This document shows, piece after piece, positions 47,701 to 60,740 of a DNA stretch of 64,000 bases. The DNA is taken from positions 106,144,001-106,208,000 of the forward strand of contig CM052819.1 of the NCBI GenBank assembly GCA_028534125.1, given 5' to 3'. Source of the stretch: Lama glama (lineage: Eukaryota). The translations under genes and the position numbers were made by a program. The stretch's first letter is position 1. Every line of letters starts with the position of its first letter. The notes beneath the pieces are model-generated. The model worked only from the letters and a program-made list of their open reading frames with translations. It was not told the origin of the DNA and did not search any database.

Positions 47701-50700
47701 AGTGCTGTGTGCGGTGCGCGCAGGAGAGCCCCGGAGGGGCTGCTGCCGTGCGGGCGTCTGTCCTGCGCGCGGGCCGCCCGGACAGGCGCGGGATTTCTGG
47801 TGTGCGTGTGTCACACGCGGGCTCCTGTCACGTGCCGTTTCCACTGCACTGCGGACCGTTGGTGCAGGCACCTCCCTCCTCACGGGACTGACACATTTTA
47901 TCTTTTCTCTGTCACAGTTAAAAACAGTTTTAAAACCCTGGTTTTCTGTAAATCATGTAACATTCTTACCCACTTCACTTGTCACGAGGAGAGCGTGCTG
48001 TTCTGTCCTGCAGATGCACTGCGGGGGTGTAGTAAGTCCCCACTGACGAGGGTGCCTCTCGAAAGGGCATTTAAAAACTTGACGTGATATCAGCACGTGG
48101 TATAAAGCGTATTCAGGCCCCTCGATGCACGAGAATGAAGTTCCAGGTCCCTTCTCTCTCTCCACTCTCCCCAGAGGCGAGCGCCTAATGGTCTGCGTCT
48201 CTCCGTCTGGTGTCGCGCCCTCCTTGGCGGTCCCGTGGTCACGTGGGGAGTCAGCACGTAGCATCTCTCCCGCCTTGGCTTTTACGAGTCACAGTTTTAG
48301 ATTCATATGGACAAGGTTGAAAACACCTGTGGTCTGTTTCTCATCTATCATTAGGCTTTTTCGTGCTCCTCTCTGCAGCTTTAGCCTGAAAGCGTTAACG
48401 TGAGGAAAGCGATGTTACGAGAACAGAAGCGTATCTCACTGCGGGACCATGCAGTGTGGCTGGAGAAGGCAGAGCTGTGACTGCACCCGGAAGCTCATGC
48501 CCAGGAAAGGGGGTGTTCAGACGGAGCCTCCCAAGTTCCCTCCTGGTGTCTGTGCTGCTTCAGCCGCCTGGTTGCTCACCCCCCGCGATGTTCGTTTCTT
48601 AAATTCCGCTTTTGCGTTGCGGGAGCGCCTCCTAATCCACTTCCTCACAGGGCACGAGGCTGGGAGGCTTCCTGGGCTCCCGCTGCCGTGTTCAAACGCG
48701 CTGTCGTCCTGTTGCCCTGCTTGACTGGCAATTGGCTGCGTCTCAAATTCCAGGTTCATGCAGTGTCCCCTAGTGTCTGGGTTCACACGACTCGGAATGT
48801 ATCTCTGCCCTTTTCCAGAGCCTAGTGCTGCTGATGGGGAGTCGGACGTCAGCCCTCCCTTGTTCTTCGCAAGTGACTCCCCCCCCCACCCCGCTCCTGC
48901 CGTGGCCTCCAGCGCTGCTGCCGGCCTGCTCTGGGTCCTCTTGCCCTGGGGCGCGGCCCCAGCCCACGTGGCCCTGTTGGGAAAGCTCAGACTGTCCTCC
49001 GGAGCGGCTCTCAAGTCACAGTCCCCCGGCCCCGTCGTCTGTGCCGGGTCCTTGGCTCCCTCGGTCTGCCTCCTCGCCCCCTGCCCTGACCCCCGGCCTC
49101 CCCGTGTTGCCGAGCCCGGTGACTCTCTGGTGCTGTTGCAACTCATCCTCCGCCAGAAGGTTCTTCTTCTGACCCAGGACAGGGCCTCGGGGAGGGAGCA
49201 GAGCAGGCGGGCGCTTTACCACCACGCTCGCTTAAGAGCCTTTTCAGGTCACTGTTGGGGTCAGGATTCTGTACCTTGAGCGTTTTTAACGGTAGTTCTT
49301 TCTTCCCACTGGAAAAATTGCTCAACGTTATCAAAGAGTTGGCAAGAAATTAGTGAACCAGCTCCACTCAGTCTGTCGGCAGCATAAATAAATCCTTTGT
49401 CACGTAAGAGCGCCCCTGAGCTTACAGGTAGCTGGGTATTTTGTTACACTTAGTTGACAGCATGCAGCGAATTAGTTAAATTCCACGTGCTGTGAGGCAG
49501 CGCGTCGCTAGTTCATGAGCTGTCTCCACCTCATCAAAATTCAGGGGGGTTCTAGTGTCTGTTTTTCAGTAAAGTTGGAGATGACTTATGCTACTGGTAA
49601 GTTTAGTTATTGAAAAATTATGGTTCAAAAAACTGACAAAAGTTTCATCCCTGTGTACACAAACAGGCCATATTAAACTAATGTGAAATGATAAAACAAA
49701 GCTGACATAGAATGATTAAAAACAGGAACCGAAATCCACGACACTTGAAAGCCGTCGTTGGTAGCAAGCCCTTCCTTCCTGAGCCGCGGGCACGTGCGCC
49801 GTGCAGCTGTGCGCGGGAGCCCTGCTGCTGGGGGCGGGGGACTGGCCTCTGCCGGCTCGGTCACGCCCACAAACTTTAGTGTGCCGTCAGAACTCGCTTT
49901 CTCAGTTACCACTGACTAAAAGTTGCATTGGAAAGAAAAACGCTGCCGTTTGTTGGTGCAGTGCCACGAGGGCCTGAGTGTGGGGTCGGCCCCTCGCTCA
50001 AACCTGTGTGCTCTTTTGAGCATCTGAGAACAGCTCTGTCCACTGTGCTGGAAAGATGCGCCTGGACACACAGACATACCCTTTGCTGTGCCCTTCACTG
50101 TTTGCCCGGGCCTGGGGCCCCGCAGGGAGCCCTGCTCCGGCACGAGTGTGGGCAGCCGTTTCCCGGCGTGGTGCCCAGGCAGGGGTCCTCCCGGCGTCGG
50201 GGCGGAGAGCGGGGCCTGCACAGCCGGGCACCCGCCTCCTGCCCTTTCCTGCGCCTCCTCCCACGACCTCCCGGTGGGCGTACGGGTCCCCTGGCTTGGG
50301 TGCGACGTCTGAGCCCTGTCGCCGCCCGGGGAGGGAGGTGGAGGGACTCTGAGGCACGTGGGCTCTACTTTCCTGAGCGGCCAAAGCACTGCTTTTCCTT
50401 CTGTCAGCTTCTCTCCTTCTTGCCCTCGGTTTTCAGTCATTTTCCACCAGTAAGTGTGGTTTTTAGAAAAGTGCGCATTAGGAAAGTGCCGATTCGAATG
50501 GCCGAGGAGGCTGTTGAGCCCTGGTGGGCAGTGTCCCTGTGGGGGTGGCCCTGGGTCCCCTGCAGAGCTCCGCCCGCCGCGCCTGCTGACCCGGGCCGAG
50601 GGGCGCTGTCCTCTCCGCGTACCTGGGTTTGCACTTGCTTGCGTTTCGGCTGTGACGTTTTTGTCTCTGTGTGTAGGAGAGGTTGGCCCCAGTTTTTAAC

Positions 50701-52142
50701 TCCTGTGATGTCCCTGACAGGCTTACTTCCAGGGTAACCAGGGTCCTACGAAGTGGGGAGGGCTCCCTGCTGCTTCTGCCTGACCAGCCTGTGGGACCCG
50801 CGTCTGTCCCCACGGTCAGCTGTCCTCAGGCCGCCCGCTTGTGTCTCCACTCTTCGCTGGTCCTCTTCTCTCTCCCAGGCCCCCTTCCTTCCTCTGAGGG
50901 GATCCCAGCAAGGGTCTGCCGGTGGCAAGCCACCTGAGGCGTCATCTGGAACGTCTGCCTTCTCTGCCTGTGGAAGGGCCTCCGCCCGCCGAGGTCTGGG
51001 TGCCCCCGCCCCTTCTCGTCCCCGCGGGGGTGGGGGGTCTCCCCGCGGCCTCTGGCCCGGGCTGCCTGTGCTCTGGGCGTCTGAGTTTACAGCGGCTCTT
51101 GTGTCTTCACCTGGGGGTGGGGGGCTGGCCTCCCCACCCCCCGCCGAGTTGGCCAGGCTCCCCTCCAGGACCCCCCTTCCCTCTCTCTGCTCCCCTGACC
51201 GCGGGAGAGGAAGAGCAGTCTTACCTGAGGGAGCTCGGAGGCAGAGTCGAGAAGCTTCTGTCAGAATGCTGGAAGGTTCTTCCTGTCTAGGCTGCTGACC
51301 TCCCTGCAGCGGGCTTCTGCTGGAGCGTTTGGTAAATAGCCTTACCGGACACTTTTTAGATCATGACGTTAATCAAGCAATACAGAGCTCACATTTGCTT
51401 AGATTTGGGTGAAGAGCTGCTGGAAGTGTGTCAGTTTGACACGCGCGTGGTCAAAGCAGCTGGCGACGCCACAGGTTTCTGGAACGTGGGGATGTGGCGG
51501 TAGAGGCCAGCGGCCGCTTCCGTCCAGGACACGGGTCCTCAGGGAGGTTCGCGCATCAGCGCTGTTCTCAGCCCTTTCAGCCCCTGCCGGCCGCACCCCC
51601 GCTCCCTTACAGGCGCCCCGGCTCGTCCTCCCCCTGCGGCCCTTCTTCCTCTCACTCCCCGTCCTCGTTGCCTTTTGCGTGTGGAAGATGTCGGGTTTTG
51701 CCTGGCTGTCCTGTCGGGGGGCAGGGACCGGCGCCCTTGCAGCACGTTTGCGCGGCAGGCGCGCGGGCGGCCGTGGCCGGGGCCCTCACGTCCGTGGGGT
51801 TGGGTCCTGTTCGCGGGCAGTGGTGATGGGGGAACCAGGCTTCACTTGGCCGGCAGTACGGCCTCGTGCTCCCCTTGGCAGAGGCACCGCTTCTGCCCCC
51901 CACTGGCCTCCCTGGTGCTCGGATGTATCTGGCCGGAGGGCACACAGGTGTCCCAGGGGGAACAGCAGCCGAGGTTGTACCCGCCCCTCGCCACCTGCCA
52001 TCCTGGGGCTGGGGCTGTCTGCCTGTGCCCGGGGCTGGCACGCTCTGTTCCTGGGATGGGGTGATGCGGACACTGCCTCCAGACCTAAGCGCCAGACGGG
52101 CAGGCGCAGAGCCCTGCTCCTCAGTGCTGGCGGTGACAGCGC

Positions 52143-52250
52143 CCTGTTTGCTCTGTGCCCTCTCTGTCTCTGCTCCTCTTGTCTCTGTCCCCCGTCTCTC
52201 TGTCTCTGTCCCCCCTCTGTTTCTCTGTCTCTTTCTCTGTCCCCCCTGCC
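52143..52250. repeat. (CTCTGT)n-like pyrimidine-rich simple repeat
   Basis: Repeated ctctgtctctgtcccc units. Confidence 0.8.
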
Positions 52251-52529
52251 TGTTTCACAAGTTGTTGCAATGTTTGCAACAAAACTTTAATTTCCCATGA
52301 AGCATTGGACTGTTGAAAGTTTGAAAAAATAACATTTCCTTCAGGTCATAAAAATATTTCTAGTAATATTCACTAATTCACTTCAAAAAATAAGGAGAGG
52401 GGTTTTAAAATATGAGATGAAGGAGTCGTTCTAAAAGCAGCTTTCCGAGGTGCGGTAGGCACGTGCCCGGCGCCCGCCCGTGGTGGGGGGCGCCACCGGG
52501 AAGGGCCCCCGCCCGCCGTCCTCACGCTC

Positions 52530-53500
52530 CTGACAGGCGTGTTCGTGTCGAATGTCAGGTGGAGCTTCTGGAGAAGCCATCCAGGCGTGGAGCGCTCTTT
52601 GTACCATGGTTTTGTCTCCTGATTCCGATTCTTCAGTGTTTGAAGCGCAGCCGAGGTCCCTATTTCTTCCCGCGTCGGCTTGACGAGCTGTATTTTTCTT
52701 GGAATTTGCTCATTTTACCTAAGTTTACAACGTTTTTGGAATAAAATTCCTAGTACACTCTTACTACATTTTCAGTGCTGTCGGAGTTAGAAGTGGTGAC
52801 TCTCTCTGTTGGAGCGTTGTTCAGGCCCACGGCTGGGCTCTGCGGTTCTGTCCACGTCCACCTGAGGAGGCTTCTTGCGTGGCACGGCTGGCACCTGCCC
52901 GGGCCAGCCCAGCATCCTCTCTGCAGAGCCGCTCGGCCTCCCGCATGGTGGGGTCAGGGTCCCGGGGTGGCTGGCTGCATTGGCCGCCCCCCAGGACAGC
53001 CTCCCGGGCCAACAGCCTCCGCAGGTGCAGGCCCTCCAGGGACCCATCGCGGGTTCCCAGAGCCCGCCGGGTCTCCCAGGGGTGCCAGGGGGCCCACCAC
53101 ACCCGATGGCGGGTCACATCACGGTGACAGCCCAGTCCTCCGCTGACCTTTTCCAGTCCCACGGCTAACTTGGGCCTTTTCCGTGTGTCGGGGGTTGGTC
53201 CGCCGTGCTGTGCTTGCTCGCCCTCGTGTGCCTGCTATTGTGTGTGATTAATGCAAGGTTAACTTCTTGTTTTCTTTCTTCCATTTCCTTTGGGCTTGTC
53301 CTCCCTTTCGCTGACTTACCGCAGGGGGCTCATGGACGTTCTTCTAGTGCGAGCATCAAGGCTGCGCATTTTCCTCTGCGGCGCGCTGCTTTATCTGCAG
53401 GCCACACATTTCAGCACGCAATCTTTCAGTTTCTAAGGTTTAAATGTTTTTCTCACAGCCCTGCTGACACGCGTCCCAGGGGTGTCTGAGCAAGTCTCAG
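52530..53500 (-). mobile_element. Ancient L1 ORF2 (endonuclease-proximal) relic, with an unassigned GC-rich insert at ~52820-53200
   Basis: ctatttcttcc...gctgtatttttcttggaatttgctcattttacctaagttt and aaggctgcgcattttcctctg...gctgctttatctgcaggccacacattt. Confidence 0.65.
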
Positions 53501-56500
53501 CCTTGGGGTACGAGAGGGCTCAGCGCCCGGGGCTCTCACCCCGAGGACCTGCCGCTGTGACGGGGACAGCAGGGAGGTCCCCGGGGACCCGGGGTCTGCG
53601 CTCCAGCCTCAGCCTTCTGGGCGCCCCGGACCCACTGCTTCCTCCTGCAGACGAGCCAGCGCTCTGCTCCGAGAAACCAATGCAGACTTTGTGTGTCAAT
53701 TCATAAAGAAAGCACAGCATTGCGTTTCTAGGTTTTGTAGGCATGTTAGTGTGTTGAGGTCGTCCTGCCAGCGGGAGGAAATGACATGACCGCGTTGTCT
53801 CCGTCCCGGCCTCCGGACCCCCGGGGGCCTCCGCCCTCTGCCTGGTTGGGAAGGGGCAGGGAAGAGGCCGAGGCTGCGCCCTGGATCTGTCCCCACTTGT
53901 ACACATGCGTGTGCGCAGGCCTGTGCGTGTGCCCTTTTGTTTCTCGGAAGATCAGTACGTTCAGGGTTTTGCCGGAGGTCTCGTCCCCCCGTGAGCGGGC
54001 CAGTGCTGGTTTGCGCTCAGGAGTTGGCGAGCAAAGACCTGGTCTTGGTGACACGCCTGTACCTGCTGTCGCAGCATATGAAGGCGTGACTGAGTATCGA
54101 GGGTCTGCCTTAAAAATCAGGAGGCTACGCTAAAGGATCGGAACTCATTTGGGAGAGGACTTTTAATTAAGAGTATTTTCTGTGGGAACTAACTTCTGAA
54201 GTGGTGAAAGGGCTTTGCTCTAGAGTTGAATTAACGTGAAGTCATTGAGTCTCCCTGTTACAGAGCAAGCCCCTCGTGGGGCGTGGAGGCCGAGCCGGGG
54301 CTGGAGGGCCCCGCTGACATCACCGCGGCCCCTGGCGCACGCGAGGCCCGCTTCCAGGTGAGCGTGGAACCCGTGAAGGCGCGCTGGCGCGGGCTGTTGG
54401 ACACCCTTCCATCTGGTGTAAGCCGTTAGGTGAGCCTCTCGCTGGCCTAGCGACTGCCGGCGGAGGCGCCTTGTTACCGTGAGCCGCTCGGCTCGTGGTC
54501 TCCGTGGCCTGGGCCCCGCCCGTCCCTGCGGTCCCCCCCACCCTTGGCTGCTGCCCGGGGTCGGGGGTGGGGTTGCTGCTCGGGGTGGCGCCGCAGGCCG
54601 GGCACTGTGCTCCACTTGCTGTGAAGCCTTTACCGTTAATTATTTCCTGAGATGATTCAAAGGAAGTTTCTTGAGTCTCTTCCTTGGTGACCATTTCCTG
54701 ACTGAGCGTCTGCTTTTGGGAGAAGTCGAGACGAACGTCCCAGTCCCGGTGGTTGGTGTGATGCAGGGTCAGTGTACGGCCCGAGAGTGACTAACTCAGA
54801 GACCCGAGCTCTGGGCGCCTGGGGAGGTTACCTCGTGGGGAAGCGTGTGAGGAAGTGGCTGCCAGGGCTGCTGCGTGCGGAGGGCGCGGGGGTGTCCCTG
54901 TCCACTCCCCGCATGGGGCTGATGTGAGCCTGGCCTCCCCGGCCCCTCCGGTGCCGCGCCACCATGCCTCCTAGGCTCTGAGTTGTGCCCGGAAAGCCCC
55001 CTCCTGTCAGTCATTTCTGTGTCTGTAAACATCAGGGATGTCAGGGACCTACCTGGTCCCCGGGAGACCTTTAGAAGAGGTTTTGCTTGATCTTCAACGG
55101 ATGCATCTTTCTTTTCGTTTTTGCACGCAGGCAGCAGGTGTGCGGGAAGGGCGGGGAATCGTCCAATGTTGCAACGTCCAGAATCAGGTCTCCTGCTGAC
55201 TCTGCTGATAGGTGTTAGCTGCAGAATAGAAATTTTGTGTTGATTTCATGAAATGAGAGCGATTGTGGCATCCAGAGTCTGACGCATCAGTCTTTTTTTC
55301 AGGGCGATTTGAAAAAAGGAAACTTGAAAGTTTGGTGCTAAAAAAGCCTTTCCTGGTGGAAGCACTCGTGGCAGTCGTTTGCCCCCCGGCCCGCAGGCCC
55401 GCAGGCCGCAGGTGCGCTGCAGGGCGGCCCTGTCCTCCCGCACGGCTGCGGCCTTTGCCTCGCTCGCCGCTTGCAGAGGTGGAAACTCTTTGCTGAGTCT
55501 TCCACGGGAGTGCGTCTTCTGAGACCGGGCATCTCGGGCTGTGCAGTGGGGTTCCTGCAGCGCCTCCTCAGCTGCTCAGATTTTGAGAGGGACCCAGGGG
55601 AGCTCCGCCCGCTGCTCAGGCTCTGAGGCTTTTCCTTAGCAACTCTCGTTGTCGCCCCCCCACCTTCTCTTTATACAAATGTTTGTTAATCCCCTTTTAT
55701 TCTGAAGCGAAATCGTGGCAGAGACCACCTCATGTAACTGTAACCGTATCGGTAGGCGATAAAGAGAACGTAAGACTGAGGAGGAAGCAGTTCCCTTGTT
55801 GACACGTGGACACTCGGGTCGGTACTGTCAGTGGGCCCTGTGGTGCAGTGGACACGGGGCGCTGAGCGGGTGGCACGAACCACATGTGTAGACTGGGTGG
55901 GACGTGTTCTGCTCCTGGGTTCGTCCCCAGGGAAGCAGGGCCCAGCCCTCTCCCTCAACATGGTCGTCACATTTCTGAGTGGTGGATGTGGGGAAGGTTG
56001 TGATCATACATGAGACAGGGGGTCTGGGCTTCTGTGAGTGACTGTGAGCCTCTTTGTCACTGAGTCCTTCAGCAAGACAGATCTTTGTGGGACGGTCCTG
56101 CCTGTCCCGTGCCCTGCCCTCTCCCCACAGAGTGCTGGAGAGCCCTAGCCCTGCAGTGACCAGACCATTTACTTCCCAGACCATCTACTTCCCTGTGTGG
56201 CCACCCCGGCTGCCCCCTGCGGCCACTGCCTGGGCTCGTCCGGGACGGGCTCTCTGGAAGCCTGAGGCTTGGCTGACGGATGCAGTGGCAGGGCAGGGCT
56301 GTCGGGGATGGGGTGGTGTGAGGTCCACACGGGGGCCTGCTGGGTGTCCCATGCTATCCTCCAGCTGAAGGCACCACTCGGGGCCCCGCAGGTGGAGGGC
56401 TCCCGGGTGCGCGGACGGCTGCGAGGGCAGGGGCGTCACTGCAGGGGCACCAATGGCCTGCGCGGTGGGGCGGCCCTGTGATCGCTGGCCAAAGCGAGCT

Positions 56501-59084
56501 CTGGGCACAGATGACGCTTCAGCTTATGTGCATCCCTGAGGGTCGTTAAAACTAAGGCTGAGAAGTGATTCTCAGTGTGTTTTTCTGGCACGAGTCGTTG
56601 CCCCAAGGAGGTGTCCCTGTGTTACCTGGCCTGGCTCCTCGGCGTCCCCTCCCACTTGCTCCCCAGCCAGGCTGCCAGGTGGGCAGTGCCATGACGACCC
56701 ACTAGGGGGGACTGACCCCAGGCTGTGGTCTGGCCCTGGCCTCCTTCTCTGCGCCCCTCGTGGGGGACAGCTGAGGATTCTGACCTTCTGGAATGTTCTC
56801 TGTAAACGGGGGTACCTCTCCTTCAACAGTCAGGCCCGAACAGCCTTCCTCAGCCCCTAGGCCTAGACTGAGACAGCAGGGAACTCCCCAGGTGAGGCTA
56901 CAGACGCCTGGTTGGGGGAGGGTGGCGTGGAGCTGGTGAGCAGGGTATGCGGCCACGCGGGCCCCTGAGCTTGGGGGTCATCCCATAGGAATTCTGCTTC
57001 TTAGATCTTGCAGCAACTTTCAGGAAAGGTCTGGGTGGCATTCTGGACCCACTCTTTCATTCAGGCAACAGACATGTGCTGAGCACTGTGGGGCCTCGGG
57101 GACCAGGGTGGGACTGGACAGACGGCGCTGGTGCATCGCAGAGGACCCGGGGGGGGTCCCCCTACAGCAGCCCCTGGGCCTCACTCGCCTCCCCTCCACA
57201 CCCCTGCCGGGGGCGCTGGCCACGGGGGCCCAGGAAACCAGCAGAAGTGGAACCACAGGAAGCTGGTGATTTAGGATTGTCTGCTGTTCAAAAAATTGAA
57301 AAATTATTGGAGTAAAACTTGGTTTAACAGCATCAAATTTGAAAAGTTTCTAAAAAGTGGTTGTATTCCCAGTTCTCATGTGTTGTGGCTTTAAGTGTCC
57401 GAAGGGACAAAATGGTGCACAGTTAACCTCAAAAGTATGACCTGAGTAAATAAAGAATTCCATTGCCTGTGCGATGCTGGATGCAAGATTGTGTCCGCTG
57501 TTCTTAGAAGTCGGCTGGGAACTTGCTTCCAGCTGCTCTGTGTTCCGGTCGTGACTAAGTACAAGGCAAGAGGGCAGCCGCTGAGAGGCTGGCAGGTGGT
57601 TCCTCTGTAGACGCAGGACAAGCCAGTGCCCGCCCCGTTCCCCGTGAGCAGTGTCCCCCGGAGGGACTGGCGGGGTCGGACAGCAGCGCCCTCTTGTGGG
57701 GAGACTGCTTGTGTCCTGCGGAACAGTGCAGAGCACTGAGTGCTGAGTTTCCCGGAGACCCCTGCCCCTCACTGCAGATGGACAAGTCTGGAACACTGAT
57801 GACCTCTGACCGCCTTTTAACCCACCCTTGCCTGTGCCCAGGGTGCTGTGGACGGGTGCTGGCTGTTGGGTGCCTTCCTGATTTTATGGCCCACGATGGC
57901 CTTTTGGACGTGGATGGGGCATTTGATGGGCCTCTCCGTCACTCCCTGGCACATGTGGGTAATGGCTGGCAGCTGCGATGGGGAGAGCTCTGTGGGTCCC
58001 TCTCTGGAAGAACAAAGCCCAGCGCTGCTTGGAGGAAGGGGCCCGTCTCTTGGCTTACGGGGGGCTTCAGCCCCTGCAGCACTGCCCAGGCAGGCCTTGG
58101 GGAAGGGACGTGGCCTCGCCGTGGGCACAGTCTCATGGGTGGGGGAGGGGATGTAAGCAACTGACCACACCGGTGTCTGCTGGTGCTGTGGTGGACGTGG
58201 GGACGTGGGGGCAGGGGCGGGGGCGGGGGGGCTTGTTCTCCAGGCAGAAGGCTTGGGAAGGTGGGCACGGGGCGGGGGGTCAGGGGCAGGAGATGACCCC
58301 AGCAGCCTGGTGGGCCCAAGAGGGGCTGCGACCGCAGGAGGGGTGTGGGGGTGGGCCCGAGGCGGGCTGAGGGGTGCGCATGGGGGTGGGGGAGAGAAGA
58401 CCAGACCTGTTTGGTTTTCATGTGTTTATTTTTTTCCCCGTTTTCATCAGTGATGCCTTCAAGTCAGACGAATCACATACTTTAGAAGGGCTTGGGGACA
58501 AGCAGTGGTCCACGGCCCCCACCCTCCTCGGAGGCAGCATTGATTGTTTTTAAAGAGTCACAGGTATTTGTGCTTCTGCCTTGGCCAGTGTGAGGACTGG
58601 CTGCAGGTGACAGAGACACAGCATGGGGGGCTTCGCCCGGAGGAAGGGCCCGCCTGCCCCGGCAGCGTCTGCCCGGCAAACAGGGCCTGACTGGCATTCA
58701 GCGGTCAAGGCCCAGGCCCTGTCCTGCTGTTGGGCCTGCCGTGGGTGAACTTGCCTGCTGCTGGGCGGGTGCCCGGCGTGTGCATGGAGGGCGCCTGTGT
58801 GCTGGCTCTTGAGAAGTTTCCCAGAAGCTGCCACGTGACGCCTCTGTTTCCGTCCCAGTGTCACGTGACCAGGACTGGCGGCGGGGGCCGGGGAGGCATT
58901 CTCCGTGGCTGGCCGCGCGGTGCTCTGCTGTTTGGCAGCGGTGGCAGTCACTTCTGTGCTTCCTGTTTCTACATAGCAGACTTGCAGTTTTCTGATTTAT
59001 ACATTTTAGATGTTACCTGTTGGCCTTCCGTTTAGATACAGGAGGATTTAACTCACCCTTCTGCCTTCCCTTCTTTTCCTGTGT

Positions 59085-59650
59085 CATTTAGGGGTGCTTT
59101 TGGCTGAAAGTAATAGAAAACATGCCCTGTAGTACCTTAAACAACTGAGGATTTATTGATGTATTTATTTCATAATAAGTAATGCAAAGGCAGGTTTCTG
59201 CTAGAGTTGGTTCAGAGCACAACCACATCAGGAGTCCAGTTCTGTGTCTCTGCAGTTCTCACCGTTCCTTCATGCTTGCAGTGAGGCTGCTGCAGCTCCA
59301 GCCATCACATCTGTGTTCAAGGCAGTGCTAACCAGAAAGGAAGGGGCAAGCAGTGCAGCCCACTTCTATTGTTTTCATCGGGGGCATTCCAGAAGCCTCC
59401 AGCTGGGGGAGGGTATAGCTTAGTGGTAGAGTGAATTCTTAGCATGCCTGAGGTCCTGGGTTCAATCCCCAGTACCTGCATTATGAACAAATAAGCAAAC
59501 AAACAAACAACTTCATTACCCTCCCCAAAAAACCCCAAAAAACAAAACAAAACAAAACAATCAAAACAGAAGCCTCCAGCATGCTTTCGTGTGAACCTCA
59601 CTGGCCAGCTGCAGCCACGAGGAAGACTGAGGAAACGAGTAAGTGCAGCA
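59085..59650 (-). mobile_element. MaLR (MLT1J/L-like) LTR relic interrupted by a SINE
   Basis: ggctgctgcagctccagccatcacatctgtgttcaaggcag...ccagaagcctccagc|...ctcactggccag. Confidence 0.7.
59405..59566 (+). mobile_element. tRNA-derived SINE (Vic-1-like) with 14-bp TSD
   Basis: gggggagggtatagcttagtggtagagtg...gaggtcctgggttcaatccccagtacc with a (CAAAA)n tail. Perfect TSD cagaagcctccagc at 59390-59403 and 59567-59580. Confidence 0.92.
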
Positions 59651-60467
59651 GCGTCCCTGGACAGGGGCAGGGGCGGGCGTGGGGAGCGGCAGGCGGCTGG
59701 CCGCCTGCATCGGCAGCTGTGTGTCACCAGTTGCTTAGACCCTGGCCCGTTTCCCAGCTCCTCGCCGCGTCGGGTGCACGCTGGCGCCTTCCCTACCCTG
59801 CCGTCGCCCCTTCCTCACTCTCTCTTCCGGCAGGTTTGGTTTTCTGTTTGTTTTTTACATGTAGGAAAACTTATTTCTATCTTATGACCATGGTTTATCA
59901 GTTTCAAATCCATCCATGGCGTTCATATTACCACGGTTAGCGGGCGGTGCTCATGCCCGAGCCTGGTAAGGTGCACACGGGGCTCCTGCTCCAGTCTGCA
60001 CGCCATCACGTTTGTGCGTGAAAAGGAAGACGGCAGAATGCTTCCTCTTTGAACACATCCCACTAGTTGCCGAAAGTCGTGCCGCGTTTTAATGTGCTTT
60101 GTAACAGGGTCACACTTTGTTTGTATAGTTCATCTTCTTCTTGCATTGTTGCGTGGCCTGGGGTGGTAGAGCAGAGGGTGAGGGGCGGCTGCGGCCGCGG
60201 ACGGGGCTCAGACCCGCCTTCCCCCGGGCAGCTGTGTCTCCGGGCAGTCTGCTCACCGTCCCTGCGTAGTCCCCTCAGGCGTCAGCCCCTGTCCCTGAGT
60301 GCGGGCCAGAAAAGCCTCTCTGTCCTGTCACGTGTTCTCAGTCTTCCCGGCTTATTCACTGGTTTTTGAAATCCAGTCATTCATTCCTCTTGAAATCTGC
60401 GTATTTCCTATTCTATTTCAAATGGAGGCTATGACTTTCTCATACACTTTGGTTTTTCTCCTGGGAT

Positions 60468-60740
60468 TTTTTTTTTAAACTGAGTGTATTGAAGTGTAAT
60501 TTACATGCATTGAAAATCACCGTTTTCAAGTGCTCAGTTTGATGTGTTCTGACAGTGTGTATGGTCGGCACGCCGCCGCCATCACCACCTCCCGCGTCCC
60601 AAAGGCTCCCTCTCGCCCACTCAGGTGTCCTGACCCATCTTGGTCACACACTGGCCTTCTCTGCTGCTGGCACTGTCACCCCAGACGAGGGATGAGGGCT
60701 GGCCGGAGCCGCGAGGGGACGACTGCGGACGGTAGGTGGT
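60468..60740 (-). mobile_element. L1MB-like 3' end relic
   Basis: Poly(T), then tattgaagtgtaatttacatgcattgaaaatcaccgttttcaagtgctcagtttgatgtgttctgaca. Confidence 0.75.

Noticed and set aside
52262-52282. 9-bp inverted repeat ttgttgcaa-tgt-ttgcaacaa
   Set aside because: An isolated stem of this length is near chance expectation in 64 kb and has no supporting context.
49928-52290. 269-aa and 293-aa plus-strand ORFs
   Set aside because: Non-ATG starts, no recognisable domain and GC-driven composition; the second runs into a (CTCTGT)n simple repeat.
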